From positions 1-55,512 of the forward strand of contig CAYSBC010000004.1 in the NCBI GenBank assembly GCA_964429195.1: 55,512 nucleotides of DNA, read 5' to 3'. Below are positions 29,571-39,819 of this stretch, piece after piece (position 1 is the stretch's first letter; the number at the start of each line of letters is the position of its first letter). A model generated the notes under the pieces. That model was not told the DNA's origin. It made no database searches and saw nothing but the letters and a program-made list of their open reading frames with translations. The stretch is from an uncultured Eubacteriales bacterium (GTDB lineage Bacteria; Bacillota; Clostridia; Peptostreptococcales; JAAYPU01). The translations under genes and the position numbers were made by a program.

Positions 29571-30476
29571 TCACTCCTCACTGAAGAAAGCGTAAAGCTC
29601 ATGCTTGTTTAGATTATGTCCGATAATGGATATACTATTACCTTTACTTACGCAATCGGATATTTTTGTTTCCCCGGGAATATATTGGAGATTGAGATAT
29701 CCATTGGGTCCATGAACAATGCCTTTTGCACGAAGGATGGTTCCTTCAGCGTTTCTTTCCATCATGGAGACACGTGCCTTTAAATCTTCTGCACTCCATA
29801 TCTTGCCTAGTCCAATGGTAATCGTATCAAAAGCATCTTCTGCCGAATGAGTATGTCCACAGGAACAATCATGACTATGAGCAGGGATGAAGTGAGGATG
29901 AAATATCTCATCTGCACTTATTTTATCCCAAGGCTTCGAATAAATGATTGCTTGAGGATTTAGATTTTTAATCATTTCTTGAGCAGCTTCTATTTTTTCA
30001 GGGAATGCTTCCACACGGCTCAGCAAAATAGTATCCGCCTCTTTAATCTGATCCTCAAAAAATTCACCGAAGTTATCAAGATACATTTGGCATCGTTTTA
30101 CATCTACTATATTCATTTTCGACTTTATCTTTATAAGCGAAAGAACCCGAGGATCAGAGCAAGCCTTTATGATATCCGATAGCTTGCTGACACCAGAAGG
30201 TTCTATAATAATTTTATCAGGTTGAAAGCGATTTAAAAGTTCTTGTATGGCCTTGATAAAATCACCTGAAAGGCTGCAGCAAATACAGCCTGAATTTATT
30301 TCCCTTACTTCAATACCACCTGATTTTAACAAGGCAGCATCAACACTTATATCGCCAAAATCATTTTCTATGAGAACTACCTTCTCATCCTTCCATGTCT
30401 CCCTTAACAATTTTTGAATAAAGGTGGTCTTCCCTGCACCTAAAAAGCCTGATATTATAATTATTTCTGTTAACAT
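29571..30476 (-). CDS. COG0523/CobW family GTPase (zinc metallochaperone)
   Basis: SGFLGAGKTT, GCICC, IEPSG, His/Cys linker HSHDCSCGHTH. Confidence 0.92.
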   Translation of the reverse strand: MLTEIIIISGFLGAGKTTFIQKLLRETWKDEKVVLIENDFGDISVDAALLKSGGIEVREINSGCICCSLSGDFIKAIQELLNRFQPDKIIIEPSGVSKLSDIIKACSDPRVLSLIKIKSKMNIVDVKRCQMYLDNFGEFFEDQIKEADTILLSRVEAFPEKIEAAQEMIKNLNPQAIIYSKPWDKISADEIFHPHFIPAHSHDCSCGHTHSAEDAFDTITIGLGKIWSAEDLKARVSMMERNAEGTILRAKGIVHGPNGYLNLQYIPGETKISDCVSKGNSISIIGHNLNKHELYAFFSEE

Positions 30477-30511
30477 GCAACCCCTCCTAAAATATTAGCC
30501 CAACACATAAA

Positions 30512-30934
30512 TTATAATTTCTTACAATCTTTGCAGTATCCGAATATCTCCAAATTGTGCCCCATGACTCGAAAATCTTCATCCTGAAGGTCCGGAATAA
30601 ACTTGTCCATAGGACAATTGTCCATGGATATCATCTTATGGCAGTTCATACAGACAGCATAATGCTTATGCTCAAAACGATTGAGCTCATATACCGCCAT
30701 TTCACTATTTAAGACATTGGTTTTAATGACTACATCCTTTTTAAGGAAAACTTCTAGTGCCCTATATACCGTAGACATCCAAACCTTTTCTCCGCCTTCC
30801 TCCATTTTAGCGCATATATCTGCTGCACTTAAAGGCCTCTGTGAACTTTCAAGTATAGAAAGGACACCTTCTCTCTGCCGCGTTCTTTTCATGCCTGCCG
30901 GCCAGATGCTTTGTATGTTTTTCACTTTATTCAC
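30512..30934 (-). CDS. zur: Fur family regulator, probably Zur
   Basis: STVYRAL, HKHYAVCMNC...CKDC; located in a Zn uptake operon. Confidence 0.8.
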   Translation of the reverse strand: MNKVKNIQSIWPAGMKRTRQREGVLSILESSQRPLSAADICAKMEEGGEKVWMSTVYRALEVFLKKDVVIKTNVLNSEMAVYELNRFEHKHYAVCMNCHKMISMDNCPMDKFIPDLQDEDFRVMGHNLEIFGYCKDCKKL

Positions 30935-31737
30935 CCCATCTTTATTTTTAAATTTTTCAAGAGCAATACCAGGACTAAAACACCCACTGAGACTAAAGCT
31001 GTAAATCCACCTGGAGCCACATTAAGATAATAGGAAATAAACAATCCCAACATAATATCGATGATGCTAAAAAAAATCGAAAACATAAGGGTTGTCTTAA
31101 ATCCCTTCTCCAATTGCAGCGCCGTAGCTACAGGAAGGGCAATCATGGAACTGATCACCAAAACACCTACAATTCTGATGGATACGGAAATAGCCGAGGC
31201 AACAAGGATAGAAAAAATATAGTTGATCAACCGCACCCTTACTCCTGCAACCTTAGCAGCCTCTTCATCATAGGCGATATACATCATCTGATGGTATAGA
31301 AGAAATAGCGCCACAACAGAAATCATGCTAAGAATCAATACCATCATCATATCAAGCTTGGTTACGGTTAGAATGCTACCGAACAACAAAGAATCCGCAT
31401 TAGTATTGAGCTTTCCGGAGCTGATGATGGTAATAGCCGTCCCTACACTTAAAGAAAGTACAATGGTAAGAATTAAATCTGTATATTTTTTAAAATAGTT
31501 GCGCAGAAATTCAATCAGTACGCCACATAGAGATGTGAATATAAATGCACCAACTATGGGATTTTGATTTGATAACAAACCAATTGTAACTCCAGCTAAG
31601 GAAGCATGGGCTAATGTATCCCCCATCATGGAATAGCGCCTGAGCACCAGGAAGATTCCGATACAAGGGCACAGTATGGAAATAAACACAGAAACAAAAA
31701 TTGCATTTTGCATGAAGGTATAATTAAAAATTGTCAT
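30931..31737 (-). CDS. znuB: Zn/Mn ABC permease
   Basis: GDTLAHASLAG, LFGSIL, VGVLVISS. Confidence 0.88.
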   Translation of the reverse strand: MTIFNYTFMQNAIFVSVFISILCPCIGIFLVLRRYSMMGDTLAHASLAGVTIGLLSNQNPIVGAFIFTSLCGVLIEFLRNYFKKYTDLILTIVLSLSVGTAITIISSGKLNTNADSLLFGSILTVTKLDMMMVLILSMISVVALFLLYHQMMYIAYDEEAAKVAGVRVRLINYIFSILVASAISVSIRIVGVLVISSMIALPVATALQLEKGFKTTLMFSIFFSIIDIMLGLFISYYLNVAPGGFTALVSVGVLVLVLLLKNLKIKMG

Positions 31738-32401
31738 CGATTTTTCTCCTGTCTCTTAATAGTTCCTCTGCATATTGATAAGGCGTGCAAAGATGGCCAT
31801 GGCCACTTACTAAATGGTAAATCAAGGTAGAATTAGAAATGGCAGCATCCAAATTATGCTCTACAGAAACAATCGTGATACCCCTTTCTTTGTTGATTTT
31901 TTTTAAAAAACCATAAATCTCTCTCTGGCTCTTTATATCGACTCCCGTAGAAGGTTCATCAAGAATCAGCAAATCTGGATTTCCTATCAGTGACCTTGAA
32001 ATAAAAACTTTTTGACTTTGACCGCCTGAAAGAGTACCCATTAAGGCATGAGCAAAATCAGACATCCCAACCTGATCAAGAACTTCCTTAATGAGGTTCC
32101 TATTTTTGATTTTCAATAATCTACGGTAGGAATCCAATGCCTCATATACAGTAATAGGAAAACTGGAATTTGAGAAATCATTTCTTTGAGGAACATATCC
32201 AATTCTTTTTGTATCCGTCATTATTTTTCCCTTTGTAGGCTTTAAGAACTTGAGCATCAACCGCATCAAAGTACTCTTACCGCTTCCATTTGCTCCTACT
32301 ACAGAGACATATTCTCCCTTCTTAATTTCCAAATTGATACCATTCAAAACATAGGGATGGAGACCATTATATGAAAAAAAAAGATTATCCGCCTTAATCA
32401 T
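31724..32401 (-). CDS. znuC: Zn/Mn ABC ATPase
   Basis: GANGSGKST, YVPQ, LSGGQ, LILDEP, VEH; start chosen by RBS. Confidence 0.88.
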   Translation of the reverse strand: MIKADNLFFSYNGLHPYVLNGINLEIKKGEYVSVVGANGSGKSTLMRLMLKFLKPTKGKIMTDTKRIGYVPQRNDFSNSSFPITVYEALDSYRRLLKIKNRNLIKEVLDQVGMSDFAHALMGTLSGGQSQKVFISRSLIGNPDLLILDEPSTGVDIKSQREIYGFLKKINKERGITIVSVEHNLDAAISNSTLIYHLVSGHGHLCTPYQYAEELLRDRRKIDDNF

Positions 32402-32433
32402 CCGCAACATCCTTTCAAGAATTAATATTATGC

Positions 32434-32511
32434 TAATGCGATTCATTTGCACTTGACAGCGCTGGAACTAAAGATTAATATATACATTATAAATGCAAAC
32501 ACTTCTCATTT
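32434..32511. promoter_or_regulatory. two putative Zur boxes around a sigma-A promoter
   Basis: 10-1-10 imperfect inverted repeats TAATGCGATT-C-ATTTGCACTT and AAATGCAAAC-A-CTTCTCATTT; TTGACA at 32453. Confidence 0.55.
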
Positions 32512-32538
32512 GCAAGTATTTTTATTGGAGGATAGGAT

Positions 32539-33489
32539 ATGCTAAGAAAATGGTTAATTGTACTGCTATTTTTGGTTGGAATGGTAGGTTTTTCTGCTTG
32601 CAATACACCAGAAATTTTGTCTGAAGAAGATGCTCTAGAAGAGAACAGGCTCAAGGTCTCTGTCACCTTTGATGCCATGCAAGAATTTGTTCAGGCTATA
32701 GGAAAGGATAAGGTTGAAATTTCAACGATTATACCTGCAGGTGCTGATACCCACAGTTTTGAACCCAAGGTACAGGATTTAATCAATATCAACAAGGCTG
32801 ACATCTTTATCTATAATGGTTTGGGCATGGAAGAATGTGCCGAGGATGCGTTCCTGGCTGCCGATAACCCTGATTTAATTATGGTAGATTCCTCCGAGGG
32901 AGCTGACCTTCTTGTAAGGGAAGCTACTGCCACAAATCATGAACATGAACATGAAGATGACCATGACCACTCCCATGGAAAATATGATCCTCATTTATGG
33001 TTAGGAATCAAAGGTGCACAAGTTCAAATAAAGAATATTAAGGATGCGCTTATTGAAGCAGATCCTTCCAACGGGGAATATTATGAGCAAAATTACAAAG
33101 ATTTTAACTCTGAATTAGAAAATCTCTATAGCGAGTATAGTCGTAAGTTCGAAGCTTTAGAAAGAAGAACTTTTGTAACAGGTCATGCAGCTTTTGGCTA
33201 TCTTTGCCGTGATTTTGATTTAGTCCAAAATAGTGTGAGAGATGTATTTGCAGAAGGAGAGCCTTCAGCACAACAATTGACACAACTGATTGAATACTGC
33301 AGGGAAAACAAGATAACCACCATTTTCACTGAAGAAAAGGTAAGCCCTGAGGTATCACAAACATTGGCAAATGAGGTAAATGCTAAGGTAGAAATCATCT
33401 ATACCATGGAAAGCCCTCAGGATAATATGACGTATTTAGAAAGAATGGAAAGCAATCTATCCAAAATTTATGAAAGCTTAATTCATTAG
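32539..33489 (+). CDS. znuA: Zn ABC substrate-binding lipoprotein
   Basis: Lipobox FSAC, HSFEP, His-rich loop, DPHLWL, GHAAFGY. Confidence 0.9.
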   Translation: MLRKWLIVLLFLVGMVGFSACNTPEILSEEDALEENRLKVSVTFDAMQEFVQAIGKDKVEISTIIPAGADTHSFEPKVQDLININKADIFIYNGLGMEECAEDAFLAADNPDLIMVDSSEGADLLVREATATNHEHEHEDDHDHSHGKYDPHLWLGIKGAQVQIKNIKDALIEADPSNGEYYEQNYKDFNSELENLYSEYSRKFEALERRTFVTGHAAFGYLCRDFDLVQNSVRDVFAEGEPSAQQLTQLIEYCRENKITTIFTEEKVSPEVSQTLANEVNAKVEIIYTMESPQDNMTYLERMESNLSKIYESLIH

Positions 33490-33536
33490 TTGGCAAGCTT
33501 TTTATGGATAGCTTTTTAAAGATTCGCACTCAAGAG

Positions 33537-33567
33537 CCATCTGTTTTCAATCAAACAGATGGTTTTT
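33537..33567 (+). terminator. intrinsic terminator
   Basis: CCATCTGTTT/AAACAGATGG + T-run. Confidence 0.7.
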
Positions 33568-33585
33568 ATCTTCGTTATGTAGAGC

Positions 33586-33876
33586 TTACTTCTTAATTTT
33601 TTTCTCATTGCTTGGAAACCAACCTTTTTCAACTCTTTTTTCTTGTTCGAAAAGCTCGTGAATACTCCATAATAAGGAGAAACCTAGCACTGCCAAGAAT
33701 GATGACAGAAGTGTACTGCTTGAGAATAGTGAAAGAGCAATAAAAATCAGCCCCCCTATTAAAAATAAAGGCCAAATTTTTTTCCCTATATAATATTCTG
33801 TTTTTATCACAACAGGATGTAAAATTCCGATAATGAAAAAAGCTCCTGCACCTATAACGATTCCTTCAAAAGACAT
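33586..33876 (-). CDS. DUF4491-like small membrane protein
   Basis: IIGILHPVVIKTEYY, WSIHELFEQ.KRV.KGWFP; RBS AAGGAG. Confidence 0.8.
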   Translation of the reverse strand: MSFEGIVIGAGAFFIIGILHPVVIKTEYYIGKKIWPLFLIGGLIFIALSLFSSSTLLSSFLAVLGFSLLWSIHELFEQEKRVEKGWFPSNEKKIKK

Positions 33877-34088
33877 TCTCTATACTCCTTTTTAAAAAGA
33901 GTGCCATGATTGCACCTATTATACAAATCCCTCCAGCTATGAGAAAAGCAAAATCATATGCGCCTGTAGCATTTAAGGTTACAGATGCTATCCGAGGACC
34001 AAGAAGCAAACATAGCGGCTATAGGGCCTTGAAATATACTCCAACTGTACACCATGCCTACAAAAAACTGACAGCCTCTATCCTCCAT
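33866..34088 (-). pseudogene. OFA-family MFS transporter remnant (TM1 fused to TM11-12)
   Basis: CQFFVGMVYSWSIFQGPIAAMF in one frame, then LLGPRIASVTLNATGAYDFAFLIAGGICIIGAIMALFL in another; junction near 34005-34010. Confidence 0.7.
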
Positions 34089-34104
34089 ATTGCATGTTTT
34101 ACTT

Positions 34105-34133
34105 ATCATAACATCTTAATGGATGCTTTGCAA
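34105..34133 (-). promoter_or_regulatory. sigma-A promoter (extended -10)
   Basis: TTGCAA-17-TATGAT with TGn. Confidence 0.6.
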
Positions 34134-34160
34134 TTAACCTCCTTGCATGGATGAGAACCA

Positions 34161-34209
34161 AATAGGACCGTTATAAACAGACTACCTAGTCGTTTACAAC
34201 AGTCCTATT
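34161..34209 (-). terminator. intrinsic terminator
   Basis: AATAGGAC...GTCCTATT long hairpin after the MBL gene. Confidence 0.6.
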
Positions 34210-34227
34210 TTAATAACTATATCATAA

Positions 34228-35196
34228 CTATTTTTTCTTATAATACAAGATACCATTCTCTTCTCTTTCAGCTAAGCGACCTGTCTCACGGAGATGATGA
34301 ATATGAGCCATGGCTTCCCCAGCTGCAAACCACTTTTGAGGATTGGGGAAATCATCCCAGTTCCTAGCCCTAAGATCCCATGTCATTTTCGCAGCGATAT
34401 CTCTTACAGATAATTCTTCATTTTCAACAATCTTAACGACCTCATTTAAACGTTGTTCATGATGTTTGAAAAGTTCATCTATTCTTTCCCTATGATCCTT
34501 TATAAGATAGCGATGGGCCGGAAATAAGGTATGGATATCGTAATCGTATATCTTTTTTAGGCTATCAAAATAGATCTGCAAGATGTCACCATATTCAAAT
34601 CCCCAGAAGGCTATATTCGGCGTTATTTTCCCAAGGATGTGGTCTCCACAAAAATACAGCTTATGCTTTTCTTCATAGAGGTTCACTTGTCCGGGTGTAT
34701 GTCCCGGAACCTCTACCACCTTGAATAAATACTCGCCTACTTGAAACTCATCACCCTCTACTACCGGCTTAAATTTCATGATTTCTTTAGCTTGATATTG
34801 ATAGCCCGGATGCTCATCCAGCTTTACTCCGTCTCTTTCTAAATCAAACCACTTTCTGTGATCATAAAAATAATCCCAACCATGACCTTCAACGGCATCA
34901 TTGACTAAAGTACCATCCATTTCACTGGCGTAGATGGTCACACCCCTTTTGCTCAATCTATCTGCAAGTCCACAATGGTCTGAATGAAGATGAGTGATAA
35001 ACAGGTCAGTTTTGGTTAAATCTATCTTAAGCTCTTCTACAGCCTTCATCAGTACCTCATCACCCTCATCCCTGTCGAAACCTGTATCAATAATCAAATT
35101 TCGGTTGTCTCCTACAATGATATAACAATTCAGTGCCTTTAAAGGATTATTTGGCAAAACAATATCGTAACTATGAATATTCTTATAAAGTTGCAT
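34228..35196 (-). CDS. MBL-fold metallo-hydrolase
   Basis: THLHSDH, PGHTPG, GDH, PAH. Confidence 0.9.
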   Translation of the reverse strand: MQLYKNIHSYDIVLPNNPLKALNCYIIVGDNRNLIIDTGFDRDEGDEVLMKAVEELKIDLTKTDLFITHLHSDHCGLADRLSKRGVTIYASEMDGTLVNDAVEGHGWDYFYDHRKWFDLERDGVKLDEHPGYQYQAKEIMKFKPVVEGDEFQVGEYLFKVVEVPGHTPGQVNLYEEKHKLYFCGDHILGKITPNIAFWGFEYGDILQIYFDSLKKIYDYDIHTLFPAHRYLIKDHRERIDELFKHHEQRLNEVVKIVENEELSVRDIAAKMTWDLRARNWDDFPNPQKWFAAGEAMAHIHHLRETGRLAEREENGILYYKKK

Positions 35197-35378
35197 TTTG
35201 TTCCCCCTCACCTGCTTTTTATTTTTTATGCCGAATTGGCTATGGATATTTAATCTATAGTTTACCCTATTTTCGGGTATTCTAACTTAAAATTGTATAT
35301 TATGACCACTATTTTTGTCAACCCTAAAAACCCTCGAACATTTCGTTCAATATTCTTTATTTTTATGCAAAATTTCCC

Positions 35379-35427
35379 TTGATTTTATGGTTCTTTAGCC
35401 TTATAATAAAGGTCAGGGAAGGTCAAA
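35379..35427 (+). promoter_or_regulatory. sigma-A promoter with CtsR box
   Basis: TTGATT-17-TATAAT then GGTCAGG-GAA-GGTCAAA (RGTCAAA-NAN-RGTCAAA). Confidence 0.75.
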
Positions 35428-35505
35428 TAATTGTTCCTTTTATCAGAAAATTGTTTTTTTATATAAAATATAACCTATAACCATCGTGATAAAGAGGTGA
35501 ACACT

Positions 35506-36459
35506 ATGAAATATACAGATTACTATAAAACTCTTGGTATAAGCAAGGATGCTACACAAGAAGAAATTAAAAAATCTTACAGGCAGCTTGCAAAAAAATA
35601 TCATCCCGATTTAAATAAAGACAGTGGGGCTGAAGAAAAATTCAAAGAGATCAACGAAGCATTTGAAGTATTAGGCGATGCAGAAAAAAGAAAAAAATAT
35701 GATAACTTCGGAAGCTCCGGAAATTTCAGCCAAGGCATGGATTTTGATCCATCACAATTTGGATTTAATACACATCAGGGAGGAACTTATCAATCTACCG
35801 GTGATTTTAGTGATTTCTTTAATATGTTTTTCCAAGGTGCAGATTCACGTGGTTCTTCCTCCTCTTCTTCTTTTAGTTTTGAAGATTTGTTTGGAGGCAG
35901 TACCAAGCATAGCCGTAAAAAACCCCAGGATGTCAAGGGTGCAGATGCAGAAGCATCTGTATTCATCGGTATAGAAGAGGCCTACAAAGGTGTAAAGAAA
36001 TCTTATACCATCAACACAGGCTCGGGAAAACAATCTATTTCGGTTACTATTCCTAAAGGAATCATGCCGGGGCAAAAAGTTAAAATTAAGGGACAAGGGA
36101 ATGCCGGTCCTACAGGGATAAAAGGCGATCTTTATTTAGTCATTCAATTTGCTAAGGACGATACTTATTCCATGGAAGGTTTAGATGTCACAAAGGTATT
36201 GGATATATATCCTTGGGAAGCCTACTTTGGAACTAAAACTCAGGTTGAAACTTTTGAAGGTAAGGTTGTTTTGAAAATACCTGAAAAAATCCAATCCGGC
36301 AAAAAGATAAAACTCAAGAATAAAGGGTATAAGAATATCAAAGGTGAAATGGGGGATTTATTCATTCAAATTCGTATCATGAACCCGACTTCCATGGATA
36401 AATCCACAGAAAAGCTTTATAAAGAGCTACAGGAAAATTACGATAAAACCAAAAAATAA
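35506..36459 (+). CDS. DnaJ class B / CbpA-like co-chaperone
   Basis: J-domain with HPD, G/F-rich region, no CxxCxGxG zinc finger. Confidence 0.92.
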   Translation: MKYTDYYKTLGISKDATQEEIKKSYRQLAKKYHPDLNKDSGAEEKFKEINEAFEVLGDAEKRKKYDNFGSSGNFSQGMDFDPSQFGFNTHQGGTYQSTGDFSDFFNMFFQGADSRGSSSSSSFSFEDLFGGSTKHSRKKPQDVKGADAEASVFIGIEEAYKGVKKSYTINTGSGKQSISVTIPKGIMPGQKVKIKGQGNAGPTGIKGDLYLVIQFAKDDTYSMEGLDVTKVLDIYPWEAYFGTKTQVETFEGKVVLKIPEKIQSGKKIKLKNKGYKNIKGEMGDLFIQIRIMNPTSMDKSTEKLYKELQENYDKTKK

Positions 36460-36480
36460 TCAGGAAATGGAGATGATTTT

Positions 36481-39075
36481 ATGAACTATGAAAAATTTAC
36501 TGAAAGTGCTCAGCTCGCAATATCATCATCCTCAGAAATTGCCATTAAAAATGAAAATCAACAAGTGGATGGTGAACACTTACATTTATCCCTGCTCACG
36601 CAACAGAAAAGCTTGATTCCAAAACTCATTGAATTCATGGGTCAAAATCCTAATCTGTTGGCGAATGAAGTTGAAAATCAAATTAAGAAATTGCCTAAGA
36701 TTTATGGAGATAATACATCGCTATATAGCTCAAGAAGGCTTAATAAGCTGTTATTGGACGCTGAAGGTATTGCTCAGAAATTCAAGGATGAATATGTGAG
36801 TGTCGAGCATCTTTATCTTGCTCTTTTGGAGGAAAACAATACGCCTTCTTCTAAAATATTAAAAGACTTTCATATTACAAAAGAAGCATTTTTAGATGCT
36901 CTCAACAAGGTAAGAGGAAATCAAAGAATTACAAATCAAAACCCTGAGGATAGCTATGAGGTATTGGAAAAGTACGGAAGAGATTTAGTCGAGCTTGCCC
37001 GCCAAGGGAAATTAGATCCGGTTATTGGGAGAGACTCAGAGATAAGACATACTATTCAAATCTTATCCCGTCGTACGAAAAATAATCCGGTGCTGATTGG
37101 AGAACCGGGTGTAGGTAAAACGGCTATTGCTGAAGGTTTAGCTCAAAGAATTCTCAATGGTGACGTACCCGAAGGCCTAAAGGACAAAACCATATTTGCC
37201 CTGGATATGGGTTCCCTCATTGCAGGAGCTAAATATAGAGGTGAGTTTGAAGAAAGGCTTAAAGCAGTTTTAACTGAAATAGAAAAATCCGAAGGAAAGA
37301 TTATATTGTTCATTGACGAAATACACAATATCGTCGGTGCCGGTAAAGCAGAAGGTTCTATGGATGCGGGAAACATTCTTAAGCCAAAATTAGCTCGTGG
37401 AGAGCTCCACTGTATTGGCGCTACAACCTTGGATGAATACCGCAAATACATCGAAAAGGACGCTGCCCTTGAAAGACGTTTCCAAAAGGTCATGGTGCAT
37501 CAACCTAATGTGGAAGATACCATCTCCATCCTTCGTGGCTTGAAAGAAAGATTTGAGATTCACCATGGTGTCCGAATTACAGACGATGCTTTGATTGCTT
37601 GTGCCGTTTTATCCGATCGCTATATCAGTGATCGCTTCTTACCGGATAAAGCTATCGACCTGATGGATGAAGCAGCTTCTTTTATTCGTATCGAAATCGA
37701 CAGCATGCCTAGTGAAATTGATGATATAAGCAGAAGAATTATGCAGCTTGAAATTGAACAGCAAGCACTCCATAAAGAGGATAGCGAATCTGCAAAAGGC
37801 AGGCTCGCTGATTTAAGCAAAGAAATATCGGAGCTTAAAGAGCAGGAAACTCTCTTAAAAACAAAATGGCAAAGTGAAAAACAAGCCATCGAAAATGTGA
37901 AAAATATTAAACAGGCTATTGAAGATGTGAAGCACGATATTGAAGAAGCCGAAAGAAGATATGATCTGGAAAAGTTAGCCCAGCTAAAGTATGGTAAACT
38001 CCCTGAGCTTGAAAAGCAATTAAAGGAGAAACAAGAGGTTGAAAGCCATCAGGGCAAAGATGATAGCCCTCTTCTCAAGGAAACCGTTACAGAGGATGTT
38101 ATCGCCACTGTTATTTCAAAGTGGACAGGTATTCCTGTAGCAAAGCTGATGGAAAGTGATAAGGAAAAACTCCTTCGTTTAGAAGATACATTGCATGAAA
38201 GAGTCATCGGTCAGGATGAAGCAGTCACATCTGTTTCTGAAGCAGTCCTCAGGGCAAGGGCAGGTTTAAAGGACCTCAACAGACCCATAGGTTCCTTTAT
38301 CTTCCTAGGACCTACAGGCGTGGGGAAGACAGAATTGGCCAAATCATTATCTGAAGTCCTCTTTGACAGTGAAAGCAATATGATTCGTATCGATATGTCC
38401 GAATATATGGAAAAACACTCCGTATCCAGATTAGTCGGTGCCCCTCCGGGCTATGTGGGCTATGATGAAGGCGGTCAGTTAACAGAAGCTGTAAGGAGAA
38501 AACCTTATAGCGTTATCCTCTTTGATGAAATTGAAAAGGCCCATCCTGACGTATTCAATATACTCCTTCAATTGCTGGATGATGGCAGACTTACAGATAA
38601 CCAAGGAAGAACTGTGGACTTTAAAAATACGATTGTGATTATGACATCCAACATAGGAAGTCATTATCTCCTATCCGATTTAAGAGAAAAGGGGAAAATT
38701 TCCGATGAGACAAAAGAAAAAGTGTATGCGGATCTTAGCCTCCATTTCAGACCGGAATTTTTAAACAGAATTGATGAAACGGTTATGTTCTTACCTCTTA
38801 CAAAAGACCAGCTTTTCGAGATTATCAAGATCTCCATGAAGCAACTAGAAAAACGCTTACTCGAAAAGAACATTACATTGACGCTCACTGACTCAGCTGT
38901 GAACTTAATTGCTGAAGAATCCTATTCACCGATTTATGGAGCAAGACCGGTTAAAAGGTATTTGCAAAAGCATGTTGAAACACTTCTTGCTACTAAAATT
39001 ATCAAGGGTGAAGTAGAAGAAAACAGTCATGTAACCATTGACGAAGCTGACGGACAACTGATTGTTGCCCCATAA
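36481..39075 (+). CDS. clpB: ClpB disaggregase
   Basis: Two AAA+ modules ([16 protein letters not shown]) with a long coiled-coil M domain. Confidence 0.96.
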   Translation: MNYEKFTESAQLAISSSSEIAIKNENQQVDGEHLHLSLLTQQKSLIPKLIEFMGQNPNLLANEVENQIKKLPKIYGDNTSLYSSRRLNKLLLDAEGIAQKFKDEYVSVEHLYLALLEENNTPSSKILKDFHITKEAFLDALNKVRGNQRITNQNPEDSYEVLEKYGRDLVELARQGKLDPVIGRDSEIRHTIQILSRRTKNNPVLIGEPGVGKTAIAEGLAQRILNGDVPEGLKDKTIFALDMGSLIAGAKYRGEFEERLKAVLTEIEKSEGKIILFIDEIHNIVGAGKAEGSMDAGNILKPKLARGELHCIGATTLDEYRKYIEKDAALERRFQKVMVHQPNVEDTISILRGLKERFEIHHGVRITDDALIACAVLSDRYISDRFLPDKAIDLMDEAASFIRIEIDSMPSEIDDISRRIMQLEIEQQALHKEDSESAKGRLADLSKEISELKEQETLLKTKWQSEKQAIENVKNIKQAIEDVKHDIEEAERRYDLEKLAQLKYGKLPELEKQLKEKQEVESHQGKDDSPLLKETVTEDVIATVISKWTGIPVAKLMESDKEKLLRLEDTLHERVIGQDEAVTSVSEAVLRARAGLKDLNRPIGSFIFLGPTGVGKTELAKSLSEVLFDSESNMIRIDMSEYMEKHSVSRLVGAPPGYVGYDEGGQLTEAVRRKPYSVILFDEIEKAHPDVFNILLQLLDDGRLTDNQGRTVDFKNTIVIMTSNIGSHYLLSDLREKGKISDETKEKVYADLSLHFRPEFLNRIDETVMFLPLTKDQLFEIIKISMKQLEKRLLEKNITLTLTDSAVNLIAEESYSPIYGARPVKRYLQKHVETLLATKIIKGEVEENSHVTIDEADGQLIVAP

Positions 39076-39101
39076 GCTCTATACTACTCCAGATTAAAAT
39101 G

Positions 39102-39148
39102 GGGCTGTGCCTCCGGCATTATCCATGCCGGGTCACAGCCCTACTTTA
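39102..39148. terminator. terminator between clpB and the site-2 protease gene
   Basis: GGGCTGTG..CCGGCAT/ATGCCGG..CACAGCCC. Confidence 0.65.
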
Positions 39149-39179
39149 TTTTTGATATGCTTTCTTTCACAGGATTCTT

Positions 39180-39809
39180 CTATAATATCGCCTCAACCAA
39201 GAAATTAAACATCCATTGTACAGGAGGTATAAGAACATATCTTGAAGCACCTGTTATCACAAAGATTAATAAGAGGATAGGTCCTTTATCATAAAACTGA
39301 TAATGAATTCCCTTTTTTCTGAAATTCAATAGTCCTGATAAAATATGGTATCCGTCTAGGGGAGGAATAGGAATCAGATTAAAAACCATCAATATGAGAT
39401 TAATCCAAATCGTATTCCAAATCATGGATAAAATGATTTGACCCAAATTGCTTGCAAAAAACGTCATTTGAAAGACATAAATGACTTTGAGAACAAATAT
39501 AAACAAGATGGCAATGATAAAATTTGTCATAGGACCCGCCAGAGAAACAATCATGCCTTCCCTGCTTGGATTTTTAAAATTATTTTCATTGACAGGCACA
39601 GGCTTTCCCCAACCGAAACGAGCTACCAGTAACATAATGAATCCTAAAACGTCAATGTGTGCCCGAGGATCTATCGTTAATCGTCCTAATCTCCTGGCTG
39701 TATCATCCCCTAGCATGTCGGCAGCCTTAGCATGGGCATATTCATGTAGCGAAAAGCCTATAATAAATCCCGGTATGACGAGTAATATATCGATTATAGC
39801 ATTATTCAT
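39180..39809 (-). CDS. site-2 (M50) metalloprotease
   Basis: HEYAH, AGP, NLIPIPPLDG. Confidence 0.92.
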   Translation of the reverse strand: MNNAIIDILLVIPGFIIGFSLHEYAHAKAADMLGDDTARRLGRLTIDPRAHIDVLGFIMLLVARFGWGKPVPVNENNFKNPSREGMIVSLAGPMTNFIIAILFIFVLKVIYVFQMTFFASNLGQIILSMIWNTIWINLILMVFNLIPIPPLDGYHILSGLLNFRKKGIHYQFYDKGPILLLIFVITGASRYVLIPPVQWMFNFLVEAIL

Positions 39810-39819
39810 TATTTTGCTC

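Noticed and set aside
32935-32975. GAACAT-type short tandem repeat in znuA
   Set aside because: It encodes the normal His-rich loop of zinc-binding proteins and is in frame
33906-34154. 82-aa plus-strand ORF
   Set aside because: Antisense shadow of the MFS remnant
35212-35505. CIRCE element before dnaJ
   Set aside because: TTAGCACTC-N9-GAGTGCTAA is absent
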